Source: the human T2T-CHM13v2.0 reference genome, Homo sapiens. Taken from it: a DNA stretch of 64,000 bases. Below the pieces are notes generated by a model, which worked only from the letters and a program-made list of their open reading frames with translations, did no database searches and was not told the origin of the DNA. Each line of letters opens with the position of its first letter. Positions within the stretch are counted from its first letter, which is position 1. Below, piece by piece: positions 1 to 14,871 of this stretch. The stretch lies in NCBI RefSeq assembly GCF_009914755.1, contig NC_060926.1; one strand, written 5' to 3'. A program made the translations under genes and the position numbers.

Positions 1-408
1 ATAACTTGCTCTCATTTACTGACACTAACAACATGCCCGACACTGTGCTAAGCACTGGCTGCGTGAAGCCTTCACATTTCCGTGAGACAGGTAATACTAA
101 AGACATGCTGCCATTTGGAAAACACTTAGAAAAGGGAAAACAATGTATATTTTTATGATTGTGGGTATGTGATACACATATATAAAGATATATAAGATAT
201 ACATCTAAAGATAGGTAAGATGTGTATCTTTTTAATGACCAGATTTGCAGTCAGAAAAATACTATCAGTTGTATTCATGGAATTGCAGGCAATTTTTCTT
301 CTCTCTTGTCCAGAATTTCTATAATGACATTATTTTTATAAGATATAAATATATATATTTTTAAAAATGGGTAGTGAGGGACAGAGAGTAATCTTTCCAC
401 AGAATTTC

Positions 409-410
409 TT

Positions 411-441
<31 letters not shown>

Positions 442-729
442 GGAGACAGAGTCTCACTCTGTTGCCCAGGCTGGATGGAGTGCAATGACACGACCTGGGG
501 TCACTGCAACCTCCGCCTCCTGGATTCAAGTGATTCTCCTGCCTCAGCCTCCCAAGTAGCTGGGATTACAAGCCCCTGCCACCACGTCCAGCTAATTTTT
601 GTATTTTTAGTAGAGATGGGGGTTTCACCATGTTGGCCAGGCTGGTCTCGAATTCCTGACCTCAGGTGATCTACCCACCTCACCCTCCCAAAATGCTGGG
701 ATTACAGGAGTGAGCCACTGCGCCTGGCC
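409..729 (-). mobile_element. AluS
   Basis: Full dimer. TSD CTTTCC(A/C)CAGAATTTC at 393-408 and 730-745. Confidence 0.95.
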
Positions 730-2140
730 CTTTCCCCAGAATTTCAGTCTGAGATTCTCTTTTGTGAAGATCATCTCCTATTTTGGGTACCATAAGCAAT
801 GGAGAAGTTAGAGAGGTTCACTATCAAGTAACAAAGACAATTACAAATAAAAAATATGCTGCCATGTATTCGTGCTAAAACTCTGGAATGGGTTATTAAG
901 ATCCCTGTACATGTCTCCTCTAATTGAACCTTAATATACGTATACAACATAATTACACACATTAACTCATTCTATCCTCTCAACTACCCTAAAAGGCATA
1001 GGGCTTCATCTTCACCCTTTAAGAAGACGAAACAGTCTCAGAAAAGTGGCTTGCCCGGTTATAGTTAGGCCATGCCCCAAGTGCTCTCTGTACACTGTTG
1101 AGTTTCATGCTCATTACGGTCCTGCACAGGATGGTTATCCCCATTGCAGGAGTGAGGCCACAGGGCCCTGAGACCTTAAGCAGAGAGCAGGTTTACAGCA
1201 TCTCAGCCTTCAAACCTGGCTCAGTGAGACTCCAGGAGCTCGCACTACACAGCCCCTCCAAGTCTGCCTGGAGTTTTTAAGGCACAATCCTCCTCCCCAG
1301 GCTACCTCAAAAATCCGTAGTAAGAAAACAGAGAACTCTGTGAATGGGATAGACATTCAGCTCTGTTAAAAATAGTCCTCTTTAGAAGTGGTTTTAAAAA
1401 CACCTGGTAAGAGTCTCAGCAACATAATGAAGGATTTGGCTTTAAACAGAAAACCTGGGACTGGGGTAAGGAAAGAGTCCTCTCACTGAGATGTGAGACC
1501 ATCCACTGCCGCCTCATTAGAAACTCCTGCTGTGAGCCTGCATTGTGTGATGGACTCTCAAGGAGTTCCTCACATGCTTGTGGAATCACAGCCTCGGCCT
1601 GGGAGAGCAGAGGAGAGGGGAGAACAGCATAAGTGCTGACCACAGCAGCCTCGGCCCCAAAGGGAATATCATGACCTTGGTATCCAAGGATACAGAAAGT
1701 TTTCCCAGCTGGGTCAAGGAGCTGAATAACATAAGGACTCAACTCCAAGAAGCCTGCTGTTTTCACATGATGGTAAAAAAACTGAGGTGTGCTGTTGGGA
1801 GTAGACAAAGAGGAATCCCATGGATCTCTTTACAAAAAAAAAATAAGACTCCAAGAATGTGTGTTCACCATCCAAACTTGCCATGCATGCACTCTGCTGC
1901 CCACTATGGAACATATGCAGGTCATTTGGGTGTGTTTCCTCCTAGAAAATGAGGACAGCCTTTGAGTGGCTCATACTAGGTCGGTAAGACTGCCTTCTCC
2001 ACCTCCCACCGTGGGCCGCCTCACCCTGATGTGCAGCACCAGCCAGATTACCCCAACTCCACTGGCAACAGCACATGAAAAGGTATAAGCAAGTGTGCTG
2101 CTGTAGCCAGCCCTGCAGCCTACAGATGACTGAAGAAGTA

Positions 2141-2178
2141 TTAGGTTGGTGCACAAGTAATGGCAGTTTTTGCCATTA
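2141..2178 (+). mobile_element. Half MADE1 (solo Hsmar1 inverted repeat)
   Basis: TA-TTAGGTTGGTGCACAAGTAATGGCAGTTTTTGCCATTA; the second arm is absent. Confidence 0.8.
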
Positions 2179-2472
2179 GAAGTTTTAGTTAAAGGGTTTT
2201 CTTTCACTACGTGTACAGAATTCCTTCATTCTCAGCGAAGCTGGCCACTGCTCAAGTGCAAACCTGGGCACCACAGGACCCATGAGCACTGTCTCCTTAG
2301 GGTGTTAGCCCTGGGACTTTACGTTCCTGTTAGTACAAATCAGCCACTGAGGCTCTTCAATTCACCCCCTAAATTCTCCAGTCACTTTCTATCACCACTG
2401 CCTTATTTTTAAACCCTTATCACTTGCCCTAATTGTTGCTATAGCCCCTTTTTTATGGAGGTTTTTTTTTTT

Positions 2473-2970
2473 AAGTAACAGCTTTATTGACATATAATTC
2501 ACATACCATACACTTCACCCTTTTAAAGTGGTTTTTCAGTATATTCACGAATTGAGCAACAATAACCACTAATTGCAGAACACTTTCATCACCCCAGAAA
2601 CAAACCTGTACCCATTAGCATACTCCCCATTCTCCCCAACCCCTAACCCCGGGCAACCACTAATCTACTTTCTGTCTCTGTGGATTGCCTATTGCGAACG
2701 TTTCATAAAAATGGAATCATACAATACTTGGCCTTGTGTTTCCGGCTTCTTTCACTTAACAAAGTATTCTCAAGATTCATCCATGCTGCAGCATGTGTCA
2801 GCACTTCATTCTTTTATGGCTCCATATTATTCCATTATACAGATACACACAATGGATATATACAAAAATGAATACATTTTGTTTATCCATTCATTAGTTA
2901 TTGAACATTTGGGTTATTTCCACATTTCGGGTATTATTAATAATGCTGCTATGAACAGTGGTATACAAGG
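2473..2970 (-). mobile_element. L1MB-type 3' fragment
   Basis: Antisense L1M 3' end signature (CTTTATTGACATATAATTCACATACCATA...CTACTTTCTGTCTCTGTGGATT). Confidence 0.75.
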
Positions 2971-3284
2971 TTTTGAGATTAAATAAATTTGGGAAATGCT
3001 AGGTTTATCAAGGTTAAATAGGTTTCTTTACTACAGATTTCTCAGAATCAAAAACACACTAACATTCACTCTAACTTTACTAAACTGGATACAAAAGGCA
3101 GAGTTTTCCCACCGTATTTGGCCATTACCCCCCGGTCCAAGTTTTCTTCTCTTCTAAATTATGATACAAGCTCAAATAATGATATGGAATTCTGAGGTCA
3201 ACACATTCTGCCCTCATTCCTGAAAGAAGTACAACAGAAAGTAATTGTAATCTTGTGAAGACTCAGAAGCAAATTCTAATTTAG

Positions 3285-3599
<315 letters not shown>

Positions 3600-3625
3600 C
3601 TCAAAATATTTCTTAAGAAAAATCA

Positions 3626-3943
<318 letters not shown>

Positions 3944-4352
3944 TTATATGGTAGCAGAAGGAATAAGATTGATATTCTCTGAAGTTGATAAAATCCTTTT
4001 CTGAATGCAGCAAAATGTTTCATAGGAATCATCTGTCCAGAAGACTTCAGTCTCTCTCTACTCATATTGTAATATTTTTAATTGAAAAAAATCCAATAAA
4101 CACACCTACAATAACTACTCTACATATAAACTAAAACAACCAACCCACACATCCAATGACAGCTGCAAAAGTGTGACCTGACAACTTCTGGAAAAGGCTC
4201 TTAGACATTTTATACTTTGTTAATTTTGAACAACATGACAATCTTTTTAAGTCACCTGCAGCAAAGAATAATCAGTCATTTGTCCCACCTATATTTAAAA
4301 ATTGAAAACTTTCACATTAATTCTAGTATTGTCATTAAAATATCATATTGAA

Positions 4353-4650
<298 letters not shown>

Positions 4651-5496
4651 TTAAAGCATAAAAATATTTTTTAATATTTGTATTTAGATTAACATTGGTA
4701 TTAATAGACAGCTAAAGTTGCATCCAATTCTAGCCATAAAATCTTGAGAATGTAGGGTTGCTTTACTGTTTCTGTGGTTAAATACTGAAGCTCAAACACT
4801 GTGGAAATTAGTGTAAAGAAACATTCCAAAGATTTGTGACTGATTTTTTACAGTGTGATAGGCAATTACTCCTTTCTTTGGTCCATTTTAAACATAATCT
4901 GTTAAATTTCTTTATTAAAGTATGATAAACTACAGAGCTGACAGCTTACTGATGTTTCCATTAAATATGTGACATAAGTTCAGACTCCCCACCACAAATA
5001 GCCTTTATTTCAGTAACATACTAAGTATAATGTTACTGTGGATTGTCACATTTCTTTCTAAAGGGATGTTCTGTTTGCAAAGTCCTGTTAAAATACTTTG
5101 CACTCATTAAAATGCTAAAATAGAAATTTGTAATTAATTTCCAACACTTTCTCAAGAAACGTTCAGCTGTAAGAGTAACCATACACAATGTTTAGAAAGA
5201 CTATTATCTCATATCAAAATTAACTTTGCTTTGTTGCCACAGTGAAATTGTTAGAAAAGCTCTGTGCTCTATGTAGATCCCATATTATAGACACATGACT
5301 AGAGCTATTTATGTATTTTTAGGAATACTTGCAAAGTTTCTTGAGCCTATGATCTTCTTTGTGGCTCTTAAACTGCTGCGATGATATAAACAGCAAGGTT
5401 TATTGATTTACCATTTGTTGAGAAATTGGAAATTCCAGGGCATCTAATAATTTATAGAGATCAGGTATATTAGCCTGCACCTAAGGTGGGACCTTT

Positions 5497-5498
<2 letters not shown>

Positions 5499-5536
<38 letters not shown>
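5499..5536 (+). repeat. (TTG)n microsatellite, about 12-13 units
   Basis: Direct read. Confidence 0.95.
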
Positions 5537-6044
5537 ACCTGGATCTGCTCTACCCATGCAATCTCTGGCAGGCCTCCATCTAGCACATTCACATGGTCTA
5601 CTACTGCATTTGCTCTTTAGTTTCATTAGAGACATTCAGTTTCTTGATCCTTTCCATTGTCTCCCAGTTTAGCAGCCCCACCCTGGTTTCACTTCCCAAG
5701 AATGGAATTCTTCTCCCCCAAATTATCTGACTTTCCTAACATTGTCATCTTTCTGTTGGATAAACAAGACAAAACTGCAATCCTAACTTAATTCACCTAT
5801 CAGCCTCCTCTGATGTTTCATTTGGGGTGACAGCTGCAAACAGAGGAAAAAGCCCACATTCACACAGACTGGTGCTGGTGCCACTATGAATACATGGACC
5901 CCACCTCCAACTGTGCCCTCACCTTACTCTCAGATAGCTCTCTTTCCTATTTCCATCAGTGACTGTGCTAAATCTTCACTTCTCTCCTGTGAGTTTCCTA
6001 CCTAGAACCTGTGCTTGGCAGAAGAACACACCTTTTCACCAAAA

Positions 6045-8470
6045 TAACTTAGGAGGATGGAGGCGAGGATGGAGGCAGTGGCCACACAGTGTTTTTAATC
6101 ATCCAGAATTGCCCATTAAAAACAGAGAAACCAGGATGAAAAACCTAAAGACCACTGGACAACATCGAAAATAAAATTAAATAGTAAAGACTCCCTGGAA
6201 CTCCAAATCCCAAGTGAGTAGGAACATGCCATTAATACCTACGAGACTGTGGTACACCTGTGTGAGGAAGAAAGTAGAGAAAAGTAATTGGCATGGAATG
6301 GAACTGAGAACCCAACAGGGACTCAATGGGAATGCACAGGGGCCATGCTGAGGAGAGCAGTGGGCAGTGAGAGGAGCTTTGTGCCCCAGCTCTCGGGGTA
6401 GTGCAAGGGTTCCATGGCAAGGATGAGCCTTGTGAATCCTCAAAACTAACCAGCCCAAGGCTTCTTCCAGGACAGAGCCCAGATTAAGGAAAAATTACCA
6501 GGGAGAGAATCTGAATTGAACAGCACAGGGACAAAAAAAACAAAGAAAAAAGAGGTCCAAATAGAAGGAGGTGACGGGAGCAAAGTGAGATTTCAGAAAG
6601 TCAGCAGCCATTTATTTCAACACTTCACAAAAATAACAGGAGAGAGAGCTCCAGAGCCATGAAATCCAGGCTTCCTTCTAAAAGTTCAAGAAACATAATT
6701 CCATGTAAAAATAAGCAACAAAAGGATCGAGAGGAAATACTATATAGATATAAGAAAAGACTTCGAAAGGAGAAGGCTACCCCATAGGCAATAAAAGCAC
6801 TGCAGAAAGACATGGCTACAAAAGAAAATGATAACCTAATATCTTCAACACAAGCAAAAGGGCATGTGACAATAATATAGGAAATGAAAGAACAATATAA
6901 CCCCAAAATTGGGAAAACTCACAAATGAAGTAAAATAACTCAGGGAGAATTAGCAAAAAATTATTTTAGAAACGCAGGCTAAACTAGAAAGGATGTAACA
7001 GTGAATAAAAAACGAATAATGCCTTAAGACAAACAGAAGGGTAAAAAGAAGGGCAGGAAATTTTTTTAAGTAACAAAGAAATGAAGAAACTTCTGGCTCT
7101 GGTTAAGATGGTGTAGGTATATTCTACTGCATCTTTCCCATTGATTACAGCTAAAAATCTTGAACAGGAGACAGAAAACAATTATTAATGGGCTCCGAGA
7201 AAATTTTTTTTTAGAAGTCAGTAAACTGGGTAGGAAAAGGAAGTCAAAGAATGACCCACAGGGTGGGTTTGCCTTTTACTCCTTATCTCCTAGTTTATTC
7301 TCTAGGGCAGCCAGAACCCCAGAAGAAAAACCCTCTCTCATTACACTCTCCAGACCCAGACCCAGGTGAGCCCTAGGAAAGCATTAGCCTCCTCACAGCA
7401 ACAGTGGCCATGATAGCAGAAGTATTCCTAAGGGTTCTTGTCTCTCTGGTCAAACCACCAGGAAAGGGGTGTCTTAGGAGCCTGAGAGTCAGGGGAAGAT
7501 CACAGAGAGTAAGGAGCTGGAGAAAGCGGTCCTTCCAATTATTGCACAAAATCCTGAGCTGCCCATGTGTAGAACTGACCAGGACCAAGAGGGAAAAGGC
7601 TGTGAGATCTGAACTATGATGTAGGCCACCACCAGGTTCTTAGACTTGCCCCTGCGTGGTGCACATGGAGAACTGTATTAGTGTCCTAGGATTGTTATAA
7701 AAAATCACTGCAAACTTAGTGGCTTTAAGACAACAAATTTATTATCTTATGATTTGGGAGGTCAGAAGTCTAAAATGGGTCTTAGGAGCTAAAACCAAGG
7801 TGTTGGCCGACCCGTGTTCTGGAGGCTCTAGGGAAGAATCCACTTCCTTGCCTTTTCTAACTTCCAGAGGCCGCGTGTACTTCCTGGCTCCTGGCCCCTT
7901 CTTCCATCTTCAGATCACATCACGCCAACCTCTGCTTTGGCCATCACAGCTCCTTTTCCTGATTCTCCTGTCTCTCTCCCATGAGGATCCTTGTGATTAC
8001 ACTGGGCCCACACACTAATCCACAATAATCTCCCATCTTAAGATCCTTTATCACATCTGCAAAGTCCCCTTTACCACATAAAACAACATATTCACAGGTT
8101 CTGGGGATTCGGCCATGGACATCTTTGGGGAGTCATTATTCAGCCTAACACAGAGATTGAACATAAAGGCACTACAGAGCTTTGGAAACTAAACTGACAA
8201 TGGAAACACAGCCCACAGGAACTAGGCCAGGACTTTTGGTCTGGACCTAGCCGAGTTGACTGTCTGCTAAAACAAAAAAGGTCAGCCTTCTTCCCAAGAC
8301 TGTAACAGGGCCCAGAACAGCATAAAGAATATTCAAAATGTTCAGGACACAATCCAAAATGACTTGACATACAAGGAACTAGGAATACATTAAACAACCC
8401 TAAGGAGGAAAAGCAATCAAGAAAGCCAACCACAAGACTGCTCAGATGCTGAAATAATTAAAAACTTTAA
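6045..8470 (+). mobile_element. Ancient L1M 5' and ORF1 fragments (host of later insertions)
   Basis: A-rich + strand. L1-like 5' start CTTCTGGCTCTGGTTAAGATGG at ~7090 and ORF1-start-like sequence at 8330-8470. Confidence 0.55.
7674..8152 (-). mobile_element. MaLR solo LTR, MLT1D-like
   Basis: TGTATTAGT...CACTGCAAACTTAGTGGCTTT...AAATGGGTCTTAGGAGCTAAAACCAAGG...TTCAGCCTAACACA. Confidence 0.75.
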
Positions 8471-9355
8471 AAGAAATTCTCAGCTCCAAAATGGCAGCGT
8501 AGAAGCAAGCTTGTTTCACTTCCCCCACTCCATCCAGAAAACCAAAAACAAATATACAGTGCCAAGACCATCACCAGAAATATCCCAGAACTCATATATG
8601 AAAATGAGACAGTTCTCAGGATTGCAGAGAAGTGAAAAACCTCCAAGCAGATGGTAAGAGAATAGGACTTCCACATCCATGACACCCTTTCCCCCATTCT
8701 GCCTGGCACCAAGCACGTGGAAAACTTCCCCCCAACTCACTGTTTCTACACCAGGAAAAGTGAGATTAAGGTGGACAACCAGCTTCCCCACCATCTTACG
8801 TTCCTGGCAGGAGTCCTGTCCTTATCTTAACCCACAGAAAGCATCACAAGTACCTAAAGGGAGAAATATCCCTGAGGACTGGCAGAGACAAAGTGGGAAG
8901 GCAGGACATCCCCAGCCCTGGAAACTGCTCTGTAACTCTGCCAAATGAGACACCAAAGCAAATGTCTGTTAAGCAGCGCCATGCTGTAGGAGGTTCATCC
9001 CACACGTCCCCTGGGCACGAGTCCTTAGCCAACCTTCCCACACGTTCTGGATATCCCCTTTGGGACCTCCCTCATTTGAAAGGGCAGCTCTCCAATCATT
9101 TACTAGGGCTGAGGTAAACCTGGGCTTAAGGTGCCACTAAAAGCCAGAAAGGAGGCAGTGACCTAGCAGCAAAAAAACCTCTGAGCTCAGGAGCAAGATG
9201 ACTGACTAGAAATACCTGGCATTCATTCTTCCCACAAGAAAGGGCAAAAACAACAAATAAACAGCTAAGAATTGACTGGAGTGTCAAAGGGAGAGTGCTG
9301 GAGTACAGCAGAGGAGTGTAGACCTACCTATGGTGATCAAAAGTCCAGGAGGGCA

Positions 9356-9659
9356 GGCCAGGTGTGGTAGCCCACACCTGTAATCCCAGCACTTTGGGAG
9401 GCTGAGGAGAGTGGATCAGTTGAGGTCAGGAGTTTGAGACCAGCCTGGCCAACATAGTAAAACCCCATCTCTATTAAAAGTACAAAAATTAGCTGGACAT
9501 GATGGCACATGCCTGTAATCCCAGCTACTCAGGAGGCTGAAGGAGGAGAATCACTTGAACCCAGGAGACAGAGGTTGCAAGATCTCTATAAGAGATTGCG
9601 CCACTGCACTCCAGCCTGGGTGACAGAGCGAGACTCCGTCTCAAAAAAAAAAAAAAAAA
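9356..9659 (+). mobile_element. AluS
   Basis: Full dimer. Degenerate TSD AAAAGT..GAGGGCA. Confidence 0.92.
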
Positions 9660-10344
9660 GTTAAGAGGGCAGCGTGGAGGCACCCAGTGTCTGCAGCCCT
9701 GTCTCCCCTGCCCAAATCAGATCCGCCTGGAGTCAGGAGGGACTTCCCATCACAGGGAAAAGGTAAGCAGAAGATCCCCATCAACCCCACTGCCACTGCT
9801 GATGCCTGCAGTCCTTACAAAAAGAGAATCCCACAGTCTCCCAGTTTGGAGAGCTGCCTGGAATTCATCCAGTTGCACTGCCCCAGATTAGGAACACAAA
9901 GTGTGCCCTCCACACCCCCACCCTCACCCACTGTGAGCCAAGCTGCTGTAGCACTCTACCATCTTGAGACCAGAGCCACCTCTGAAGTGCACCCTCCTCT
10001 GCAGGCCAGTAGCCACTGCACCTCTCCAGCACCAGGGCTCCATCTTCATTCCACCACATCCCAGCAGCATAAAGCCCCAGCATCAGCTGTAACACTGGGC
10101 CTGCACAGTAGGAGACTGACTCCCACCATCCTCACTTCCAGCCAGAGGAACAGTGTGGGAGTCCTGCCCAGGGTGAAACTGCTCTTGAGCCAGCCAAACT
10201 GCTATGTGCCCTACCCCTCAAGCCTCCAAGCAACTGACACATTTCCAGGCCAGCAGAGCAGCTAAACGCCTGCACCCAGGGCCAACATAATAGCCCTCAG
10301 GTGCCCCACCCCATGCAGACAAGTCCCTGACCTGCTTAATGGCC

Positions 10345-10890
10345 CTATGCCCACAATCAGAGCATGACAAGCAGCTCCACGGATTGCCCCTGGCAGAAAT
10401 GGCCCCAGGCCAGCTGATCAGCTATGTGCCCATACCCGGGACTGAAAAACAGCTCCATAGGCTGCCCCTGGAGGTTAAGCCCCAAGGCCAGCCAAGTAGC
10501 TGTGCACCAATGTCCGTGGCCTAAGAAACAGCCCAATGGGTCACCCCCTGCAGACACATCCCCAGGCCAGCTGAACAGCTGTGTGCCTACATCCCAGGCC
10601 TAAGAAACAGCCCCATGAGCTGCCCCAGGCAGACATACCCCCAGGCCAGCCAGGCAGCTGTGCAACAATATCCTACCATATCCTAGACCTGAGAAGCAGC
10701 CCTCTGGGCCACCACCCAGAAGACAGACTCCAGGCCAACCAAGCAGCTGTATGCCCACATGCTAAGCCAGAGAAACAGTCCCATGGGCCACGGTCAGCAG
10801 ACATGTCTCCAGGCCAACTGAGCAGTCATGCGGCTGTGTCCCAAGCCTGAAAAACAGCCTTGTGGGCCTGCCCCCAGGCCAGCCAAGTGA
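10345..10890 (+). repeat. Degenerate ~79-bp tandem array (~7 units) inside an old L1 5' UTR
   Basis: CCAGGCCA(G/A)C anchors near 10405, 10483, 10562, 10641, 10730, 10809 and 10874. Confidence 0.8.
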
Positions 10891-12074
10891 CCAACACAGG
10901 GAGCCCGACCCCAAGCTGGCTGTCCCACCATGTGCACACACACACACCCTCAATCTGAGAAGCAGGCTGGTGAGCCCATCCCTGGCAAGGCTGGGCCACT
11001 ATTGCCACAAACTCTCTTGGCCTAGGCCACTGAGAAATTTGCAAACACCACTAGTGTGGATTGCAGCTGAAGAAACTATATGAGGACTACACTACTGTGT
11101 CTACCTAGAACCAAGGCCAATGACCCCCACCAAACTGATATGACATGACCCATTCATACAAATAAATCTTTCCCTATGAAACCTACTCCATAAAATTGGA
11201 AGAGGCAACTTTTCTACTAGATCCATAGAAATCAGCATAAGGACACATCAACGATGAAAATGCAAGGAAACATGTAACCTCCAAAGAAAACAATAATTCT
11301 ATAGGAACAGATCCCAATTATAAGGAAATATACATGAAACGCCAGAAAAAGAATTCAAAATAATCTTAAGGAAACTCGGTGAGATACAAGAAAATAAACA
11401 TAGATAACAAAATCAGAAAAACAATTCATTATTTGCATGAGAAGTTTAACAAAGAGGTAGTTAACACAAAGAACCAAACAGAAATCCTGGAGCTGAAGAT
11501 TTCAGTGAATGAAAAAATACAACTGAGAGCTTTAACAACAAACCAGACCAAGCAGAATTTCTGAACTCGAAGACAGGTCTTTTGAAATAACACAGACAAA
11601 ATAAATAATAATAAAGAACAAAAAAGAATGAAGAAGATTTATAGGACACCATTAAGCAAACAAATATTCATATTATGGGCATTCCAGGAGATAAAAAGGG
11701 AAAAGTTGAGTAAAATGTATTTAATGAAATAATAGCAGAAAACCTCCCAAGTCTTGGGAGAATGATGGACATCTAGGCCCAGGAAGCTCAAAGAACCTCA
11801 AACAGATTAAACCCAAACAGATCCTCTCCAAGACACATTATAATAAAATTGACAAAATTTAAAAAAGAAGAAAAAGTTTTTAAAAGCAGCAAGAGAAAAC
11901 GGTCAAGTCACATGTAACAGAATCTCCATCAGAATAACAGCAGATTTCTTAGAAGAAATCTTACAGGCTTTGCAAACTACTCATCTGACAGGGGATTAAT
12001 ATCTAGAATATACAAGGAACTGGAAACATCTTAACAGGAAAAAAACAAACCATCTGATTTAAAAATGGGCAAAT

Positions 12075-12385
12075 AGCCAGGTACAGTGGCTCACATCTGT
12101 AATCTCATCACTTTGGGAGGCCAAGGCGGGAGGATCACTTGAGCCCAGGAGTTTGAGACAAGCCTGGGCAACATGGCGAAACCCCATCTCTACAAAAAGT
12201 ACAAAAAATTAGCCAGACTTGGTGGCATGTGCCTATAGTCCCAGCTACCCAGAGGGCTGACATGTGAGAATCACCTGAGGCCAGGAAGTCGAGACTGTGG
12301 TGAGCTATGATTGCACCACTGCATTCCAGCCTGGGTGACAGAGTGAGATCCTGTCTCAACCAAAAAACAACAGCAACAACAAACA
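12075..12385 (+). mobile_element. AluJ
   Basis: TTGAGCCCAGGAG diagnostic; diverged. Confidence 0.9.
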
Positions 12386-12585
12386 AGAGAGAAGAAAAGG
12401 AAGGAAAGGAAGGGGAGGGGATGGGAGGGGAGGGGAAGGGAGGGGCAGGGAGAGGAGAGGTGAGGAGAGGCAAGGAGAGGAGGGGAGAGGAGGAAAGAAA
12501 GGAGGAAGGAGGGAAGGAGAAAGGGAGGGAGGGAGGGAAGGAGGGAAGGAAGGGAGGAAAAGGAGGGAGGGAGGGAGGGAGGGAA
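12386..12585 (+). repeat. GA-rich polypurine low-complexity tract (Alu tail-derived)
   Basis: Direct read; many GGGA/GGAA units. Confidence 0.9.
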
Positions 12586-13506
12586 TCTGAACAGATGTTT
12601 TTCAAAAGAACACATAAAAATGGCCAACAAATATATGAAAAAATGCTCAACATCCCTAATCCTCAGGAAAATACAAATCAAAACCACACTGAGGATGTAG
12701 AGAAAAGGGAATTCTTACACACCATTGGTGGGAATGCAAACTAGTACAGTCACTATGGAGAACAGTATGGAGGGTCTTCACAAAACTGAAAATGAACTAC
12801 CATATGATCCAGGAGTCCCACTACTGGGAATTTACCGAAGGAAAGGAAATCATTATATTGGAAAGACATCTGCACTCCCATATTTGTTGCAGCACTATTC
12901 ACAATAACCAAGATACAGAATCAGATACAGAATCAACCCAAGTGTCCAACAACAGATGAATAAAGAAAATGTGGTTATATACACCATGGAATACTATTCA
13001 GCCATAATAAAGAATGAAATCCTGCCATTTGCAGCAACATGGATGGAATTTGAGGACATTATGTTAAGTGAAGTAAGCCAGGAACAGAAAGTTAAACACC
13101 ACATATTCTCTTGTATCTGCGGAAGTTAAAAAAAAGTTTATCTCATGAAAACGAAAAGTAGAATAGCAGATACTAGAGACTGGGAAGGGTAGAGGGAAGG
13201 GAGGAATAGGGAGAGACTTGTTAAGGATTCAAAATCACAGCTAGATAGGAGGAATAGGTTCTAATGTTCTATACCAGTTCAGAATGACTATAGTTAACAA
13301 TAATATATAGTTTCAAATAGCTAGAAGAATAATGAATGTTCCCAAAACAAAAAAAGATAAATGTTTGATATGATGAATATATTAATTACCCTGATCTGAT
13401 CACCATACATTGTATGTGTTGAAACATCCCCATGTACCCAATGAATACGTACAATTATTGTCAATTAAAAAATAATAATAAAAATAAAAGTAAAAAGAAA
13501 ATTCTC

Positions 13507-14870
<1,364 letters not shown>

Positions 14871-14871
14871 C

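Larger units (their letters stand above)
8482..13493 (+). mobile_element. Old L1MA-type element: 5' UTR with tandem array, ORF1 remnant and 3' end; internally deleted and interrupted by two Alus
   Basis: ORF1-like sequence at ~11250-11967 and an L1MA-type 3' end at 12600-13490. Degenerate TSD AAAGAAATTCTC (8470-8481) / AAAGAAAATTCTC (13494-13506). Confidence 0.7.

Noticed and set aside
275-683. Short ORFs overlapping Alus, here and at the other Alus (e.g. 3315, 13918, 49463, 58996)
   Set aside because: They are the standard Alu-derived peptides ([20 protein letters not shown]) and not genes.
1416-2207. Overlapping 66-130 aa ORFs in unique DNA
   Set aside because: No recognisable homology or coherent exon structure; one runs through the MADE1 fragment.
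9687-10265. 192-aa ORF
   Set aside because: Lies in a GC-rich old L1 5' UTR, starts at GTG, and has no recognisable domain or splice context.
10345-10890. Possible CRISPR-like array
   Set aside because: Eukaryotic context; whole units are degenerate copies with no unique spacers and no cas genes.
12135-12744. ORFs of 138-172 aa rich in P/S/F or G/E/K/R; similar ones at 34148-34600
   Set aside because: Artefacts of stop-free purine microsatellites next to Alus.
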